This document shows positions 1-15,667 of a stretch of 64,000 nt of DNA, in pieces; position 1 is the first letter of the stretch; each line of letters opens with the position of its first letter. The stretch is from the human T2T-CHM13v2.0 reference genome, Homo sapiens, in NCBI RefSeq assembly GCF_009914755.1, contig NC_060934.1. One strand, 5' to 3'. A program made the translations under genes and the position numbers. Below the pieces are notes generated by a model. It searched no databases, was not told where the DNA came from, and saw nothing but the letters and a program-made list of their open reading frames with translations.

Positions 1-214
1 CAGCTTCCACACTCTGTCTCAGGATGTTTAACTGCAGTCAGGGAAAGGCTGCATTTCCAGAAAGACTCTGGGAGGTCTGAACACCCATCGCCACAACAGC
101 ACATGGGTGCCTGAGAACAGGCACAAATCAGACTCTTCACTTCCCAGAGTCAGATTAGAATTGGAGGCCTGTCTGCTGTTCTACTAGTGAATCCTGGGAA
201 GGCTTCCTAGCTTT

Positions 215-218
<4 letters not shown>

Positions 219-257
<39 letters not shown>

Positions 258-273
258 TTTGTGTGTCTGTGTG
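219..273. repeat. (TG)n microsatellite
   Basis: visible dinucleotide run. Confidence 0.95.
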
Positions 274-359
274 TCCATGGTTTTTTTTTTAATTAAAAAA
301 GTATTTTAGTTGACACATTATTATGGGTATGATTCGATGTGTTGATACATGCATCTGTT

Positions 360-607
360 TTATGGGGAAGGGGGTGTGGGAAGGAGACGGGACAGGGAAG
401 ATAGGGAGATGTTGGCCAACCGGTACAAAGTGACAGAGAGGAGGAATGAGCTCTGGTTTTCTCCTGCACAGTGGGGTGACTGTTTTCCAATACTGTATTG
501 CATATTTCAAAATAGCTAGAGGAGAAGATTTGAATGTTCTCACCACAAAGAAATGATACATCTGGGGTGACAGCCATACGAACTATCCTGATTTGATCAT
601 TTTACAT
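360..607 (+). mobile_element. Old L1M (L1MA-type) 3' UTR fragment
   Basis: catatttcaaaatagctagaggagaagatttgaatgttctcaccacaaagaaatgata is typical of L1MA 3' ends. Confidence 0.75.
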
Positions 608-670
608 GAAGGCCACTTTTATTGGGACCCGAACCAAGCCCCGAGTTTTGAGGCTTGGTCGCCGGAATAC

Positions 671-815
671 CTTGTGCTGGGCAAGTTCCCCGGGGTTCTT
701 CTCATTCGATCTCTTCAGTTCCGTCCAATCCAGAAACTTCTCTTTGAACAAAATCGTCTCATTGTGTTCAGTAAGTCTCCCAAATATCGCCCAGTCGGGC
801 CGCCCCTGTCCTTTT
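671..815 (-). CDS. SVIL: SVIL exon, 145 nt, [10 protein letters not shown]...GELAQHK
   Basis: cctacag|AAAAGG...CACAAG|gtattc. Confidence 0.95.
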
Positions 816-1094
816 CTGTAGGGTGGGAGGGGGGTTGGGAGAACAGACAGGAAAAGAACCAAGATGAAGCCAAGCTTAAACAAAGGAATCTAAAACACAT
901 GCGGCTGCTGGAAAAAACCTCAAAGTACGTGAGTACATATAAAATAAATGGTTTATTTTCCTGCATTTTACCAAATAATGACATTTTGTTATTTTAGTCT
1001 GAAGTCTTGCAAAGCTTTGTGTCCATGGAGTTTTTGATGTGCCTGAATGTGACATGAACCATGTCAGGACTAGACTTTTCTTACATTCTAGCAA

Positions 1095-1400
1095 GTTCTT
1101 TTCTTTTCTTTTTTTTTTTTTTAGAGATAAGGTCTTGTTCTGTTGCCTAGGCTGAAGTGCAGTTGCACAATCATAGCTCCCTGCAGCCTTGAACTCCTGG
1201 GCTGCAGTGATCCTCCTGCCTCAGCCTTGCAGATAGCTGGAACTGCAGGTGTGTGCCACCATGCGTAGCTAATTTTTGTATTTTTTTAAATATGAGACAG
1301 GGGTCTTGCTATGTTGCTCAGGCTGGTCTTGAACTCCTGGCCTTAAGTGATCCTTCCTTCTCAGTCTCCCAAAGTGCTGGGACTACAGGTGTGGGCCACA
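1095..1400 (-). mobile_element. Alu (AluJ-like)
   Basis: poly-T followed by antisense Alu body. Confidence 0.9.
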
Positions 1401-3729
1401 TTCTAGCAAATTCTTGTCTTTGGGATACCCTGGGGTGGCACGCTGGGTGGGGATTTTGGAAAAGGCAGGAGCCGCAGGAAAACCTTGTCTACTTTAGCCG
1501 CCCAGTCACCTGCAGATGCTTACCAAGTTTCCCGTCCAATTAATTAATAGACATAGGGAAGAGGTAGCTCCCTCCTCAATTCTCTACTATTTTATGTCAT
1601 GTTACAACAAAGCTCTCCAGAGTATGGAGATTCTCCCGTCACTAAAATGAACACACTTTCATAGATCTTGAAGTGCCTTTTTGTGCACTTATTAGGCCAC
1701 TGGCCAGGGCAGCAGACAGGAGAGCACAGAGAGATAGGAAAGAAAACGGCATAGCTCCACCCGGAGGTCTTGTGTGGCCTTAGGATTTCAAAATTTACAC
1801 TGTCCCCAAGAACACAGGTATTTTAGATAAAGGCAGAGCTGAGAAGATACACGTGCTGCAGAGGGCGTAGCCCTGGAATAACATGCACGATCTCTCATCC
1901 CTCCAGATCCATCTTCGGTTGTGAATCCGGCCCGGAATGCAGCCACCCCTTAGAGCAACCCCCCTTGCTGCTCGTGCCCTGCTGTGCTACTGCCTCAGTC
2001 ACTTCCTGCTTGGTCAAGACCACAGCTGCTGATGTCACAGCTGAGGCACATCAAAAAGGCTGCCTGATTCAAAGAAAGCTGCCGGATAAATCATAGAGCA
2101 CAGACACTTCTACCTCATGCTCTTATGGGACTTTAGGAACCAAACATAAGCACCTATGGAAAATGCACGGCGGTCTTGAAAGGCTGTGGTCTTTATCAGA
2201 AAATATCTGAATGACTGTTTGTTATGTCAGTCCTACTCTGCAGGCTTGCTAAGATGATGATTGAAAGGGCTCTTGGTTTCTGCTTTGGAATCTGGCATTT
2301 ATGTTTTGAAGCGTTGTGAGCAAGCGATGTGGCAGATTGCAGGGTGAGGGGGACAAACCTGGGCCAGGAGCCAGGGGTTTCTCTACCCCCTTCCCTGACT
2401 TACAGCTGGAACTGGGCTCAGTGGTTTCAGCCTCATTTGCTAAGAAGGTCTGGGTATGTAATCCTGGCTGCATCTTAAAATCCCTAGGAGCTTTTAAGAC
2501 ATATTGACACATAAGCTCTAACTCACATGAAACGAAAACACATCTCTGGGGCTGGGCTGAGCAAATGCATTTTTTAAAAGGCCCCTCAGGTGATTCTGTC
2601 TCAGAGATGTTGAAAACCAGTGGGTTAGGAGCTCAGTCATCCACTTTCAGATCTGTGATTATGCCGCTATTAAATACAGTTGGCTATCACATAGATTTTA
2701 TGCTTTAGCTTGTTCTTTTTTCCTTTGCTATACCAAATAAAATCTTCTGAGCTGTAGTTCCAGTCCTTAAAATAATGGTTGTTACCATACTGAGGTTAAA
2801 CATTAGTGCATTTGCTTAACAAGGACTTTAAAACTTATCACACTGCCATAATTTTTAATGGTTTCTATAATGATTAATTAATAAGAAAATCAATAATTGG
2901 ATTTTAAGCAGGAAACTAGGCAGGAAAGTTGAAATTCATAGACCAATTCAATGGAAAACATTAAAATGTATTGGGAGATGCCCAATATTCTATGCTGTTT
3001 GGTGGTTCACTGGTTTCTAATCTATTATAACGGCACCCATAGTTAAAAAGCACTAGTTTTTTTTTGGTCTGATAGTTGAAAAAACAACAATCCTTTGCAC
3101 GTAGGAATTATTTTTTCCAACATCATAATTTCTGACTTTGCACATATTCTATTGAATTGCCAAAATGACTATAAAGAGTCCAGTACATGCAGGGAATATT
3201 ACAATTGCAATCATTATTTTAACACCATCTCCTCCCCCTCTTCCCTTCCCAAAAGATATAAAGACATAAACATCATCTGCTGCCAAATAAATCCTGAAAT
3301 TCGAGGGCGATGCTGGGAAGGTATGAAATTAGAGGGAGGCATGTTGCTTTTGCACTTTCAGATCAATGGCTGAATTCCAGACCCGGGGAAGCCTTTCAGA
3401 TCCGCATGTAATTTGTTTAAACAATTGCTGTTCATCTGCCACAGCAGCACTTGGAATGCCGCAGGGAGGAACTTGCAGCATTTCTTGCTCACTTCAAGAA
3501 ATCAACTATAACAAACCTCTTCCAGAAGACTACGACATCCATATTTCTGCAATAGTTAGATAAAAGTTAAAGAACTGTTCCTTTTGTGAATATTCACAGT
3601 CCACTGCATATAATCGTTTATGAAAACTGAACCCTATAAAGAGCGAGAGTAGAGGACTGTGGTGAGAACAGAGGGATCGAAGGGAATCAGCTCGCTTGAA
3701 GAGCTGTCCCCGGGCGGCGGCAGGAGTAC

Positions 3730-3905
3730 CTGGGGATAAGCGGATTGCATTCTCCAGGATCCAGGGGATTGATGTCACAGTTCTCATAGTCAAAGGTTCC
3801 ATTCCATAAGTGCTTTGCCAGCTGAAATGCTATTTTTCGTTGTGCTAATGTGACTTCTTTCCCATGCCATACGTAAACTTCACTACCAAAATCAAACACC
3901 AGTAC
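3730..3905 (-). CDS. SVIL: SVIL exon, 176 nt, [15 protein letters not shown]...NPLIP(R)
   Basis: ctcccag|GTACTG...CCCAG|gtactc; gelsolin motif VYVWHG. Confidence 0.95.
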
Positions 3906-5158
3906 CTGGGAGAAATGGCACAAAAGAATTTGTTAACTTCAAGAACATGCAACAGTTGAATCAGGTGCAACAGGGTCTCTTGTTGACAGTGAGTCAAACG
4001 GAGGAAGACAGAAATCCTAACGGGGCGACCAACACAGACACAAAAAGGCCAGGAGATCTCAGCTGGCACTGCCCCACCGAGCCAGCCTCTGCCCTGCGGG
4101 CATGATTCCTCCTCCCAGTGTCCTAAGTGGCCAGGATAATGTTCCCTCCTCTGAACTCTCAACCTGCTTACAACTTGCGATTCACAAGAGTTCTTTAGGT
4201 ACATCTTCCTGTCGACTTCCTGCCTCTCTCCCCTATTCCTCCCCCTCTCATGTGCTCATTCATTCACTTAATATATACACAGAGGCCACTTCATATACCC
4301 CAGGCACTCATGGTCCAATGGTGTCTTCTCTCCAGTACACAATTCCAAGATCCTTAAGGGCAGGGATCAGATCATGGTGATACATACAGGAGGGGTTGAT
4401 TACTAAGTGTTTGCTGAATGAATACATGAATGTAATGCTATTTCTTATGTTCATGGTTCATTTTATTCTTTCTCCTAGAATGAGTTCTCCCTTCACTTCC
4501 AGCAATTCAAATTTTGCTTAACTCTAAACTAGGCTCAATTTCACTTTCTATGTAAAATTATTCCTGAAGGTTTCTTTTTCTGTGACTTTTCCCTCATGTA
4601 AATGCCCATACATGTCACACAGTCAACCTTGCTCCAGATTACATTCCTTCTAATACTCTTCCACCCAATTAAACTTAAGGGCCTGCGTGTCTTCCACTTT
4701 CTCAACACTTAGCATGCTTAATGATACTGGAAATGTATGTAATTAATAAATATTTACTGCTGTGACAGGACAAAAACAGCACATTAATTGGGAAATCCAT
4801 AAATTATATATGCATGCATCTAGTGTTCCTTAAACTTAAGGATTTAAAAATATTTTATTATAATGTTTATGCAAAATGCAAAAGATAGGGCTAAGTAATA
4901 TTTGTATTTTGCCTAAGATATAAAAGCCTTCAATGATCCATGCCAACTCTAAATGATATTCTGGATTCCATATTAGCATTTAAGATACCAGTAATGGTTT
5001 GAAATCACAAATATCCTTTAAAAAGCTGTAAATGTTCTACAATGGATACCGACACTGGCTAACCTTTATTGGGAACTTACTCTCTAATCTATTGGGCAGC
5101 CTGTGCTGAGTGCTTTCAATGTGGTTTCTCACTGAAGGGCAGAGCCCACGGACTGTAC

Positions 5159-5304
5159 CTCTTTGGGTTGCAGAAGGGAGCACTTCGGAATTTTCCCCCA
5201 GTAGTCGTCATCAGGAACAAGTTTGTCATCCATGAGACGGTAAATGCAGTTAGTTTCTATTATGGCTGCTTCATAGAGTTCATCTTCTTTTGGGTCTCCA
5301 GCAG
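5159..5304 (-). CDS. SVIL: SVIL exon, 146 nt, (S)AGDPKEDEL...LLQPKE
   Basis: ccccaag|CTGCTG...AAAGAG|gtacag. Confidence 0.95.
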
Positions 5305-5331
5305 CTTGGGGATAAGAAGAACAGGAGAGCA

Positions 5332-5407
5332 TCACATTTTACATTGCAAAGTAGCTGCAATGTAAAATGTGAATGAATTTCACATTGTAAAATTTTATTT
5401 ACAATGT
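5332..5407. repeat. Two adjacent perfect inverted repeats (17-bp arms and 10-bp arms)
   Basis: 5332-5348 / 5356-5372 and 5382-5391 / 5398-5407 are exact reverse complements. Confidence 0.95.
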
Positions 5408-5457
5408 AAAATAGAAGAATGAGCTAAGGGAGAAGAAAGGAGATTCAAGTCTCGTCA

Positions 5458-5631
<174 letters not shown>

Positions 5632-6227
5632 CTAAAAAAGAGAGGAACACAATTGCCTGGGTAGAAAAGCCCTTGGCTAGACAGAGTGGCACATGTCAAA
5701 ACCAGAGAGGAGAAACAGTGTGCCTGCAAGGAAAGCCTTGTGACCACGGGTGTGGGTGGATGCTGGTTACTGGGTATTTTCAATGACCTCAAGAAAATGT
5801 AACTGAAAGACCAGGGAGTATCAATTCTTTAGAGCAATAGTTCTCCATCTTCAATAGGTCACATGTGATGCTTTTAAAAAACACTATTCTTTGGGCTTTA
5901 CCCCATGACAGTCTCATTCAACAGGTCTATGGCAGAACTTCAGAGCTACCTGGGATAAAGGACTTTAAAGTGGGGCCGCTTCCTTTTTTACACAGGAGTA
6001 GGAAGGAACCCAGGACCTAAACACTGGGGTGTAGGTCATAGTCCTAAAGTATCCCATTTAAACATGTAATGAAAGCTTGTTTGAGAGACATTCAGGAAAA
6101 GAAATCCTACCTATCCCTTCTCACTTGAATGCAACACCTGGCTTTTGAGAAGCTTTGTGACTGACGTCAGGAAGAACACTCCTCCGGTGCGTAAAGGAGA
6201 TGTTAGCTAAAGCATTTTTATTTTTCA

Positions 6228-6925
<698 letters not shown>

Positions 6926-7486
6926 TTAGGACTCAGGACAGAGATTGGTTATTTGAGCTTGTCACTAGTCTTTTTAAATACACACAATAGGATAGTGGTT
7001 ACACAGAAACATGTGGGAAACCCTCCTGGAGGGAGAGGATATTTCCTTCATTCTCATCTCAAGGATTCATCTATACAGTGGCCACCAGGAGGCAGCCGAG
7101 TCTCCTCCTCATGGCCCAGAGACGCCCTGGTTCATCTTTGGAATCTCCCTTGCTACGGACAGGAAGGGCACTAGAGCGGAATGCAGGTGGGCTTCATCTG
7201 CGTCGAACTTCCCTTGATTCCTTCTCCAAGCTGTGTCTTCCTCCCCAGTTCTGTACTGACTCGGGGAGAACTGGGCAGAGAGCAGAGAGCCCCTCTGATG
7301 ATGTAGGGCACCTCTGGTAACTGCATGGATGTGTGACCGCTTCGTGGGGCACGGGGCGCCAGGAGTAAAAGCTGGGATTCTGGAGTGGGGGGACCTGGGT
7401 TCAAATCCAGCTCTGCCACCCAGTAGCTGCTGGGACTCCAGACATGTTCCTGCCTCTGGAAGCCCTGGTGGGCAGAATACTTCCTA

Positions 7487-7861
<375 letters not shown>

Positions 7862-8614
7862 TCAGTTACAGTGACAATATTTACAGTCAGAAATTATTCA
7901 TAACTGACTCAACACCTTTGTCTTTTCAAGTTAATCCCGAGAGGGAAAACATACTCAAGTTTGATTAAATGTGCAATTCAATGCTTAACCACTGTGTTAA
8001 GAATTAAGTACAGCATTGAAAATATAAACTGCTTGTTGACAAGTGTCACTCCATGCTGTGCAGAGGGACAAGAACTGAGTGATGACGTGGACCAGCTACT
8101 TTAGTACAAAACCAGGAGCTGGATGCACTTGTTGCAATTCCACTGAAAGCTGTTCTAAATCCTAACAACTTTTACATGTCCAAATGTATAGATGCCAGAT
8201 GACTGTTAGACCGCTTTCACCAAAAGCCTTTATACATAAAGAAAACAAAAAAGTAGACACTCTGTAAGGGATGATTAGGTTCTAATCTTTATCTGAAGGC
8301 AAAGTGATCAGCCAGATGATATCTTGAGATCTTCTGCTCTTAGAGTTAAGACTGTAGTTATAAGATGGGTTTTCACTGCAAAACAGCAAACATCTATAGA
8401 CCGGTCAGTCATCACTAATCCAACCCCTGAGCCCCCAAAAGTGGAGGCAGAGGAAACATATGTAAAATCTGTGCCAACATTTATTTCTCCAACTTATTGT
8501 TTTAAAAATGTATATGCTAGAGAGAAATTCAGAAATTTATTTCACTGGGATTAGGTTTGAAGACATATAATACCACTTGTCAATTCATTATGGTGTTGTG
8601 CTTTTTAAATACAC

Positions 8615-8915
8615 TTTTTTTGTTGTTGTTGTTGAGAAAGGGTGTGGCTCTGTCGCCCAGCCTGGAGTGCAGTGGTGCAGTCATGGCTCACTGCAGCCTT
8701 GACCTCCCGGGGTTTAGTGATCCTCCCACCTCAGCCTCCTGAGTAGCTGGGACCCCAGGTGAGTGCCACCACACCTGGCTAATTTTTTCATTTTTTGTAG
8801 AGATGAAGTCTTGCTATGTTTCCCAGGCTGGTCTCAGACTCCTGGGCTCAAGTGATCCTCCTGCCTCTGCCTCCTGAAGTGCTGGGATTACAGGCATGAG
8901 CCACCATGCCCAGTC
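8615..8915 (-). mobile_element. Alu (AluJ-like)
   Basis: antisense Alu consensus. Confidence 0.9.
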
Positions 8916-9535
8916 TGAAATATACTTTCATAGTAAACCAGTTATAACAAAAAGACTCAACCACTTCATCTAAATACTATATTTCTAAGAAAAACATTAG
9001 GAAATAGGTCTATGAGTGTTATGGGAAAATGAAAATTATAGCAAGATTATCCCAAAAATCAAGATTATGCATGCTATCACCTCAAACCAAGAAAATCACT
9101 GTTTCAGAATGATGGAACCCCACATTACTGGGCAGATGAGAGCAGTGTGGCTCAGCCTACAGTGAGACTGAGAGTCTGGAGCCCATCTCCTCGACTCCAT
9201 TCATCGCCCCTGCCAGCTCCCCCTGCTCCCTCCAGCCCACATCCCAACTCCGAGAAGCTCAGGGTCCTACCAAGAACGATCTGAAAAGCACTGGCGTTTG
9301 TGTTAATTAATAATATAAAAATCTAGGATTAGATACTACAGTGATTTGAAGTGTTTTACTATAAGAGAACAAATAACTCTTTTACTATAAGAGATCAAAC
9401 GACTAATAAGATTAAATGAAGAATGATTGTGTGTTCAGGATCTACAGAGCTGAAAATGGCTGAATTACCATACTCAGAAATATCCATCTCTTCTAACTTC
9501 CAGAAAAAAACTCAACAAAACAGGGTAATTTGTAA

Positions 9536-9668
9536 CCGGGTGCGGTGGCTTGTGCCTGTAATCCCAGCACTTTGGGAGATCAAGGTGGGAGGATTGTTTG
9601 AGGCCAGAGAGTTTGAGATGAGCCTGGGCAATATGATGAGACCCCCAGTCTTCAAAAAAAAAAAAAAC
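9536..9668 (+). mobile_element. Alu left monomer (FLAM-like)
   Basis: single monomer plus A tail. Confidence 0.85.
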
Positions 9669-9788
9669 CAAACCCCAGTGTAATCTGAATTAACTAACTG
9701 AACAGGTGATACACACTTTGAGAATTTCTATGAAAAATCTTTAAAGTCTAGGTGCGTGCACATGTATGTGCAAACTTACTCCTTTTTA

Positions 9789-10307
<519 letters not shown>

Positions 10308-11149
10308 TCATGCCCCTTGGTCTCCTCCTGGGAGGGTGTGGAGTACTTCCGGGCAGCTCACGGCTCTGCTAGACAGCTCTAGGGTTTAGGGAGCTCTTCC
10401 CTCCCCCTACCACGCCCATGCACAAGTCCTAATTCTCGCTTTGGAATCATACACCCATGTCTACTTGTCTGTTTCCGGCAAGCCCTTCGGGAATTTGCAC
10501 GGGCTCCTTGACGTAATCCTCTTCGCTCGGCCTAAACTTTCTCCCTATGCAATAGCTTTCGGTCCCCTTACTGACCCTCCATGACTAGCTTCCACTTAAC
10601 GCACTGCCTCCTCTGAAAAATAACCACTTTTTGGAAGACTATATTGAAATAAAATAGGCCCGCAATCATCTGTGACCACCCCACATTCTCACAATTCTTT
10701 GGGGTGGAAAACCAGACTAGGGAAGGTGAGCAGACCGAGAGAAGCGATCTCCCAACAGACTCCTGCTGCCACTCTCCACCTCCAGCTGCGCGGGCCTCTG
10801 TGCCCAAAAGGCGTCTTTACGTACCATGGTGTCATATGTGTCTATCAATATGTTTAAATTATGATATACAACTACTTAAACAGTGACATTGTGTGGGCGG
10901 AAGATTGAGAAATGGTTAAACCGCTATGTATGCAAATACCCAAAATACTATTTTGAAGTAGAAAATGGCAAAGGGCTCATTTTTTAAGGTAGGAAATTAA
11001 AATATGCAAACTGAAACAAATTGAGCAAACTGGAATATGCAAAGAATTTATCAGGAGCAGCTTGTAGAAAATGGTATATGTCACTGACAATTTTGCAGTT
11101 AAGAGCAGATGGATGTGGTGGATTGCCGTGGGTGGAGCCTGTCTAGCGT

Positions 11150-11710
11150 GTCTCCCTCTGCTTCTGGTAATAGCATCTGGATTTTCCTTTGGGGAAACCA
11201 CCTCACTGCACCCCCATCGTGGCTCTAAAGGAGACCCAGAGCCCCGCCTTTACCCAGTCAGCATCTTCTATCCCATTGGCCACAGTGACTGGTTTAGGGA
11301 TGGACAGGGGGCTCAAGTTGAAGCCAAGAAAATCAAACCTGGAACTTCTGCTTGGACTACTGGGAAGAAAAGCTACCCGTGCTGGGCTGGCCAGGGAGGC
11401 AGCCTTGTGACTCCAGAGCTGGGGTGTCCATCTGCCGCCAGGCCGCTGCCTGACGGAGAGTGAGGCCAGCCCAAAGGAAAACAGCCAAGACAGACTGTGT
11501 TCTGAGGGGCCTCTAGAACCCGAGGCCACATCTGCACTGTTCAGCGCGTGAGCCAGTAAACCCCTCCGCACTGTTCAGTGGCTGAGCCGGCAAACCCCTC
11601 CGCACTGTTCAGCCAGTGAGCCGACAAAGCCCTCCGCACTTTTCTTTTTGCTGAAATCAGTTTGAGTTGGGATCTTTTTCTTGGCACTTGAAATTGACGG
11701 ACTCCTAATA
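11150..11710. mobile_element. ERVL LTR16-like solo LTR
   Basis: ccattggccacagtgactggtttagggatgg and tcagtttgagttggg motifs resemble LTR16. Confidence 0.55.
11533..11640. repeat. 34-bp tandem repeat, about 3 copies
   Basis: repeated cctccgcactgttcag...tgagcc. Confidence 0.85.
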
Positions 11711-12275
11711 CCATAATCACTTTTCCTAGTTGGTTTAGTCATGTTCCCCTGGGAAGAGAAACCCTTAGACATCAATGAGAAAGCCCGCAGATCTATTGAT
11801 TTTATAAATGATTGGAAGCTAAGTAACATGCCTTACTGATTTTCTAGTTAGCTGTATTAGTTTGAGCCCATCTCATCCAAATATTTTGCAAAATTATGAG
11901 CAAGAATTCAATATGTCAAATGAAAGACAGGCGTTGAACTCTCTGCTAAGTGATGTAAACCTAAAAACTGCAAAACAATATTTACATTATGTGAAAAATC
12001 CAGTGACGCCCTCTTTATGGCACAGGACAAGCATCTGTGGCCCACGCGGTCTGCCTGCATGCACATCTGGTCTGCCGTCTGCATGTTTTATCTGCTGCGA
12101 GGCTCCGTGCCCCTGGCTCCTGCAACACCTTGCCCTGGCTCTAGAATACTAACGCCGCCGTTATGGAGTTAGAAGGAGAAGGAGGCCACACTGGGGGAAG
12201 AGCCTCATGGATGTGCCCTCTGCAGGCGAAGGAAGCCCTTCTCAGTGGAGGAAAGACGGAGACCCAAATAACTCA

Positions 12276-12524
<249 letters not shown>

Positions 12525-12773
12525 TTAAAAATTCTATTGCCTCCTAAGTTCCAGGAGTGGAAGAAACACGGTTGTGATATACAGGGTCCTGTGGTTGCTT
12601 CCCAGGCCCTTACTTAATCTCTGACGTAAGGACTTCCCACCTGAACAAATCTGCAGTAAAATGGGAGAGAGGGAGGCTGACCATACTGCACACACGCGCC
12701 CACTGAACGCTTCTGAACCTGCCCTTGCTTCTGTTGAGGGTAGGTGAACCAGCCTCAGCCTCATTCTACGTGA

Positions 12774-13310
<537 letters not shown>

Positions 13311-13929
13311 ATCACTGCTCCATGTGTGTAATAAATGCGTTGCTGACTGGCATTCCCTGCCTAGCCAGTTCAGTTATTATATTACACTTTTATATTTCTG
13401 TTCAGTGGTGGTTGTATTATTTTCAACCTTTTAGTGGTCACTGTCAATAGTAGGGACTCCCAGCGCCTAGTATTTGATAAGTTTCCAGGATTGGGCATTT
13501 TAATCAAGAGATAAAAGGCTGTTTTTGCATATTGCTCTTTTATTTGGTATACCGCATTGACTTTTATATTGAAACATTTACTTCAATATTCATTTGCCAT
13601 AATTTTCTTTTAGAAATCATTTGTGATTATATGAAATAATATTAGCTTTTACCTTATTGGAAATTGATAACATACAATTTAAAGTTCACCAGGCCCAAGG
13701 TCACGTTGATTTTGCCGACACATAATAATCTGCTTTCAGAGTTATAAGCAAAATCACTCAGTTCACAATTCCAATTGGATGGCATCCCAAGGGCTTAGAT
13801 TCAAGAAAAAAATGTATTATTGGGAATCCCCAATTTAGTACGTTATCAAGTGAATCAGGGCTTGTTTCTCTAATCAGTCTTGACCAAAACTTCTTTTTTT
13901 TGGCTGAGGAAGAAAAGCAATCAGAATTA

Positions 13930-14145
<216 letters not shown>

Positions 14146-14149
14146 TTAC

Positions 14150-14239
14150 CTTCCAGGGGTTTGGAAACGGGTGTGGTGCCTCTTGTTTTACCGCAAATGG
14201 CTGAGGCTACTGGGGTTATGGCAGTAGGTGACGCCAAAC
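14150..14239 (-). CDS. SVIL: SVIL exon, 90 nt, [29 protein letters not shown]
   Basis: tccacag|GTTTGG...GAAG|gtaagt. Confidence 0.95.
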
Positions 14240-15454
14240 CTGTGGAACACACAGACGAGCTACTGAGCATCTCAGGGTCACTTCTGGAAATCCCTGGGAC
14301 GCTGACCGATCTCCAGGAGTCCCAGGGTAGACGGCACAACATATAAGAATTTACACACATGCAGGCACACACACACACATTTCACACGTACCACGACTGT
14401 GGGACAACCAACTGCAAACGTAGACAGGATTTTATTATTTCCAAGGACTGTAGTGGCTGACGAGCCGATATTCCAAAATGAACGGTGGAGATGTGGGAAA
14501 ACATGTCCATGACACGTTAACTTGGGCAAATGCAGCTGTGAGTTCTGAGGCCCTTCGGAGATGGCAGGGGCAGCTGAGAGTGCATTGGTGCCATCTGCAG
14601 AATGAGCTGTGTCACACTTGCCAGCAAGTGGCCCCCCGCAGTGGAGCTCTCCTCCAGGCTGAGGGGAGGGAGGGACAGTGGCCCTGGGGACATGACATAG
14701 ACAGTAACCCAAGGAGGGCCAACCTTTCAGAAGAAATTACAGACCAGGGCAGGTCTGGACCGACTGTGCGTGTTGGAAGTCCTGTCCATCTCCCGTGTGG
14801 GCAGAAACAGGAAATGCTTTTCCTAGTATATTTACCGAGAAGCAGAGTGGGGAATCTTTAAAAGGGCAAGTGGTGAGAGACACATGAAAGGGAAAGGGAG
14901 GAATTCCTGCATGGAGAAAGTATCCAGCTGGAAGAAGAAAACTTAGTAAACAGAAGGATGAGTATCGCTTCCCTAATCTAAGTGGAAGGCATTGGAAAGA
15001 AAACTGATTAGTGCATTTACAAAAAAACAAAATGAGATGTGAATGTTCTCTGTACTCATTTGTAATAAATGTGAAATCCTTAGATAACATTGCCACTTAG
15101 ATGACAATGCATCCCTGGACGAACAACATCGAGAGGTTATGCAAATCACTATCACAAGGAAAACCAAGGGAATAAATGATTCTGCCCCTTCCTCCTGTGA
15201 ATGGGAGAAGTATTATAGCATTAAAAAATTTAATAAAAAAAACCATTAAATGGTTTAAAACTCAAGTTTTAGTAATATTCTACAAGTACGTCTCATTATA
15301 TACATATATTTGATTGATGATGTCAATAAAAGTTTTAAAATTTGTTTCAATTGCCAGAACTGCAAAGGGTTTCCATCCATGAGAAAGTAAACTTTCTTGA
15401 AAGATGATAAATAAAATCTGGTATCACAGGGTGGGGAGGGAAATCTTTACTCAC

Positions 15455-15667
15455 TAGAAGGATGCTTAAGAGAAGAGACATCAGAGGAGTTCATTAGCAC
15501 AGAGGCCGTTAACTCCGCAGCTAATGAACAGGACTGACTCTGAAGGCTGGTTTCCAAAGCAACCGGAGAAATCCATCCGTGTTCTGGCCGGTGCCGGGCA
15601 AACCCCGCTGCCATGGCTCCCCCTGCTGGCGGTTCAGGCAGTGGCACTATGCAAACGTGCTCCCCAC
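15455..15667 (-). CDS. Candidate alternative SVIL exon (213 or 192 nt cassette, or first exon from ATG 15614)
   Basis: Open frame ending TCTA|gtgagt in phase 1, in frame with the next exon; GCCATGG Kozak context; two in-frame AG acceptors. Confidence 0.4.
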
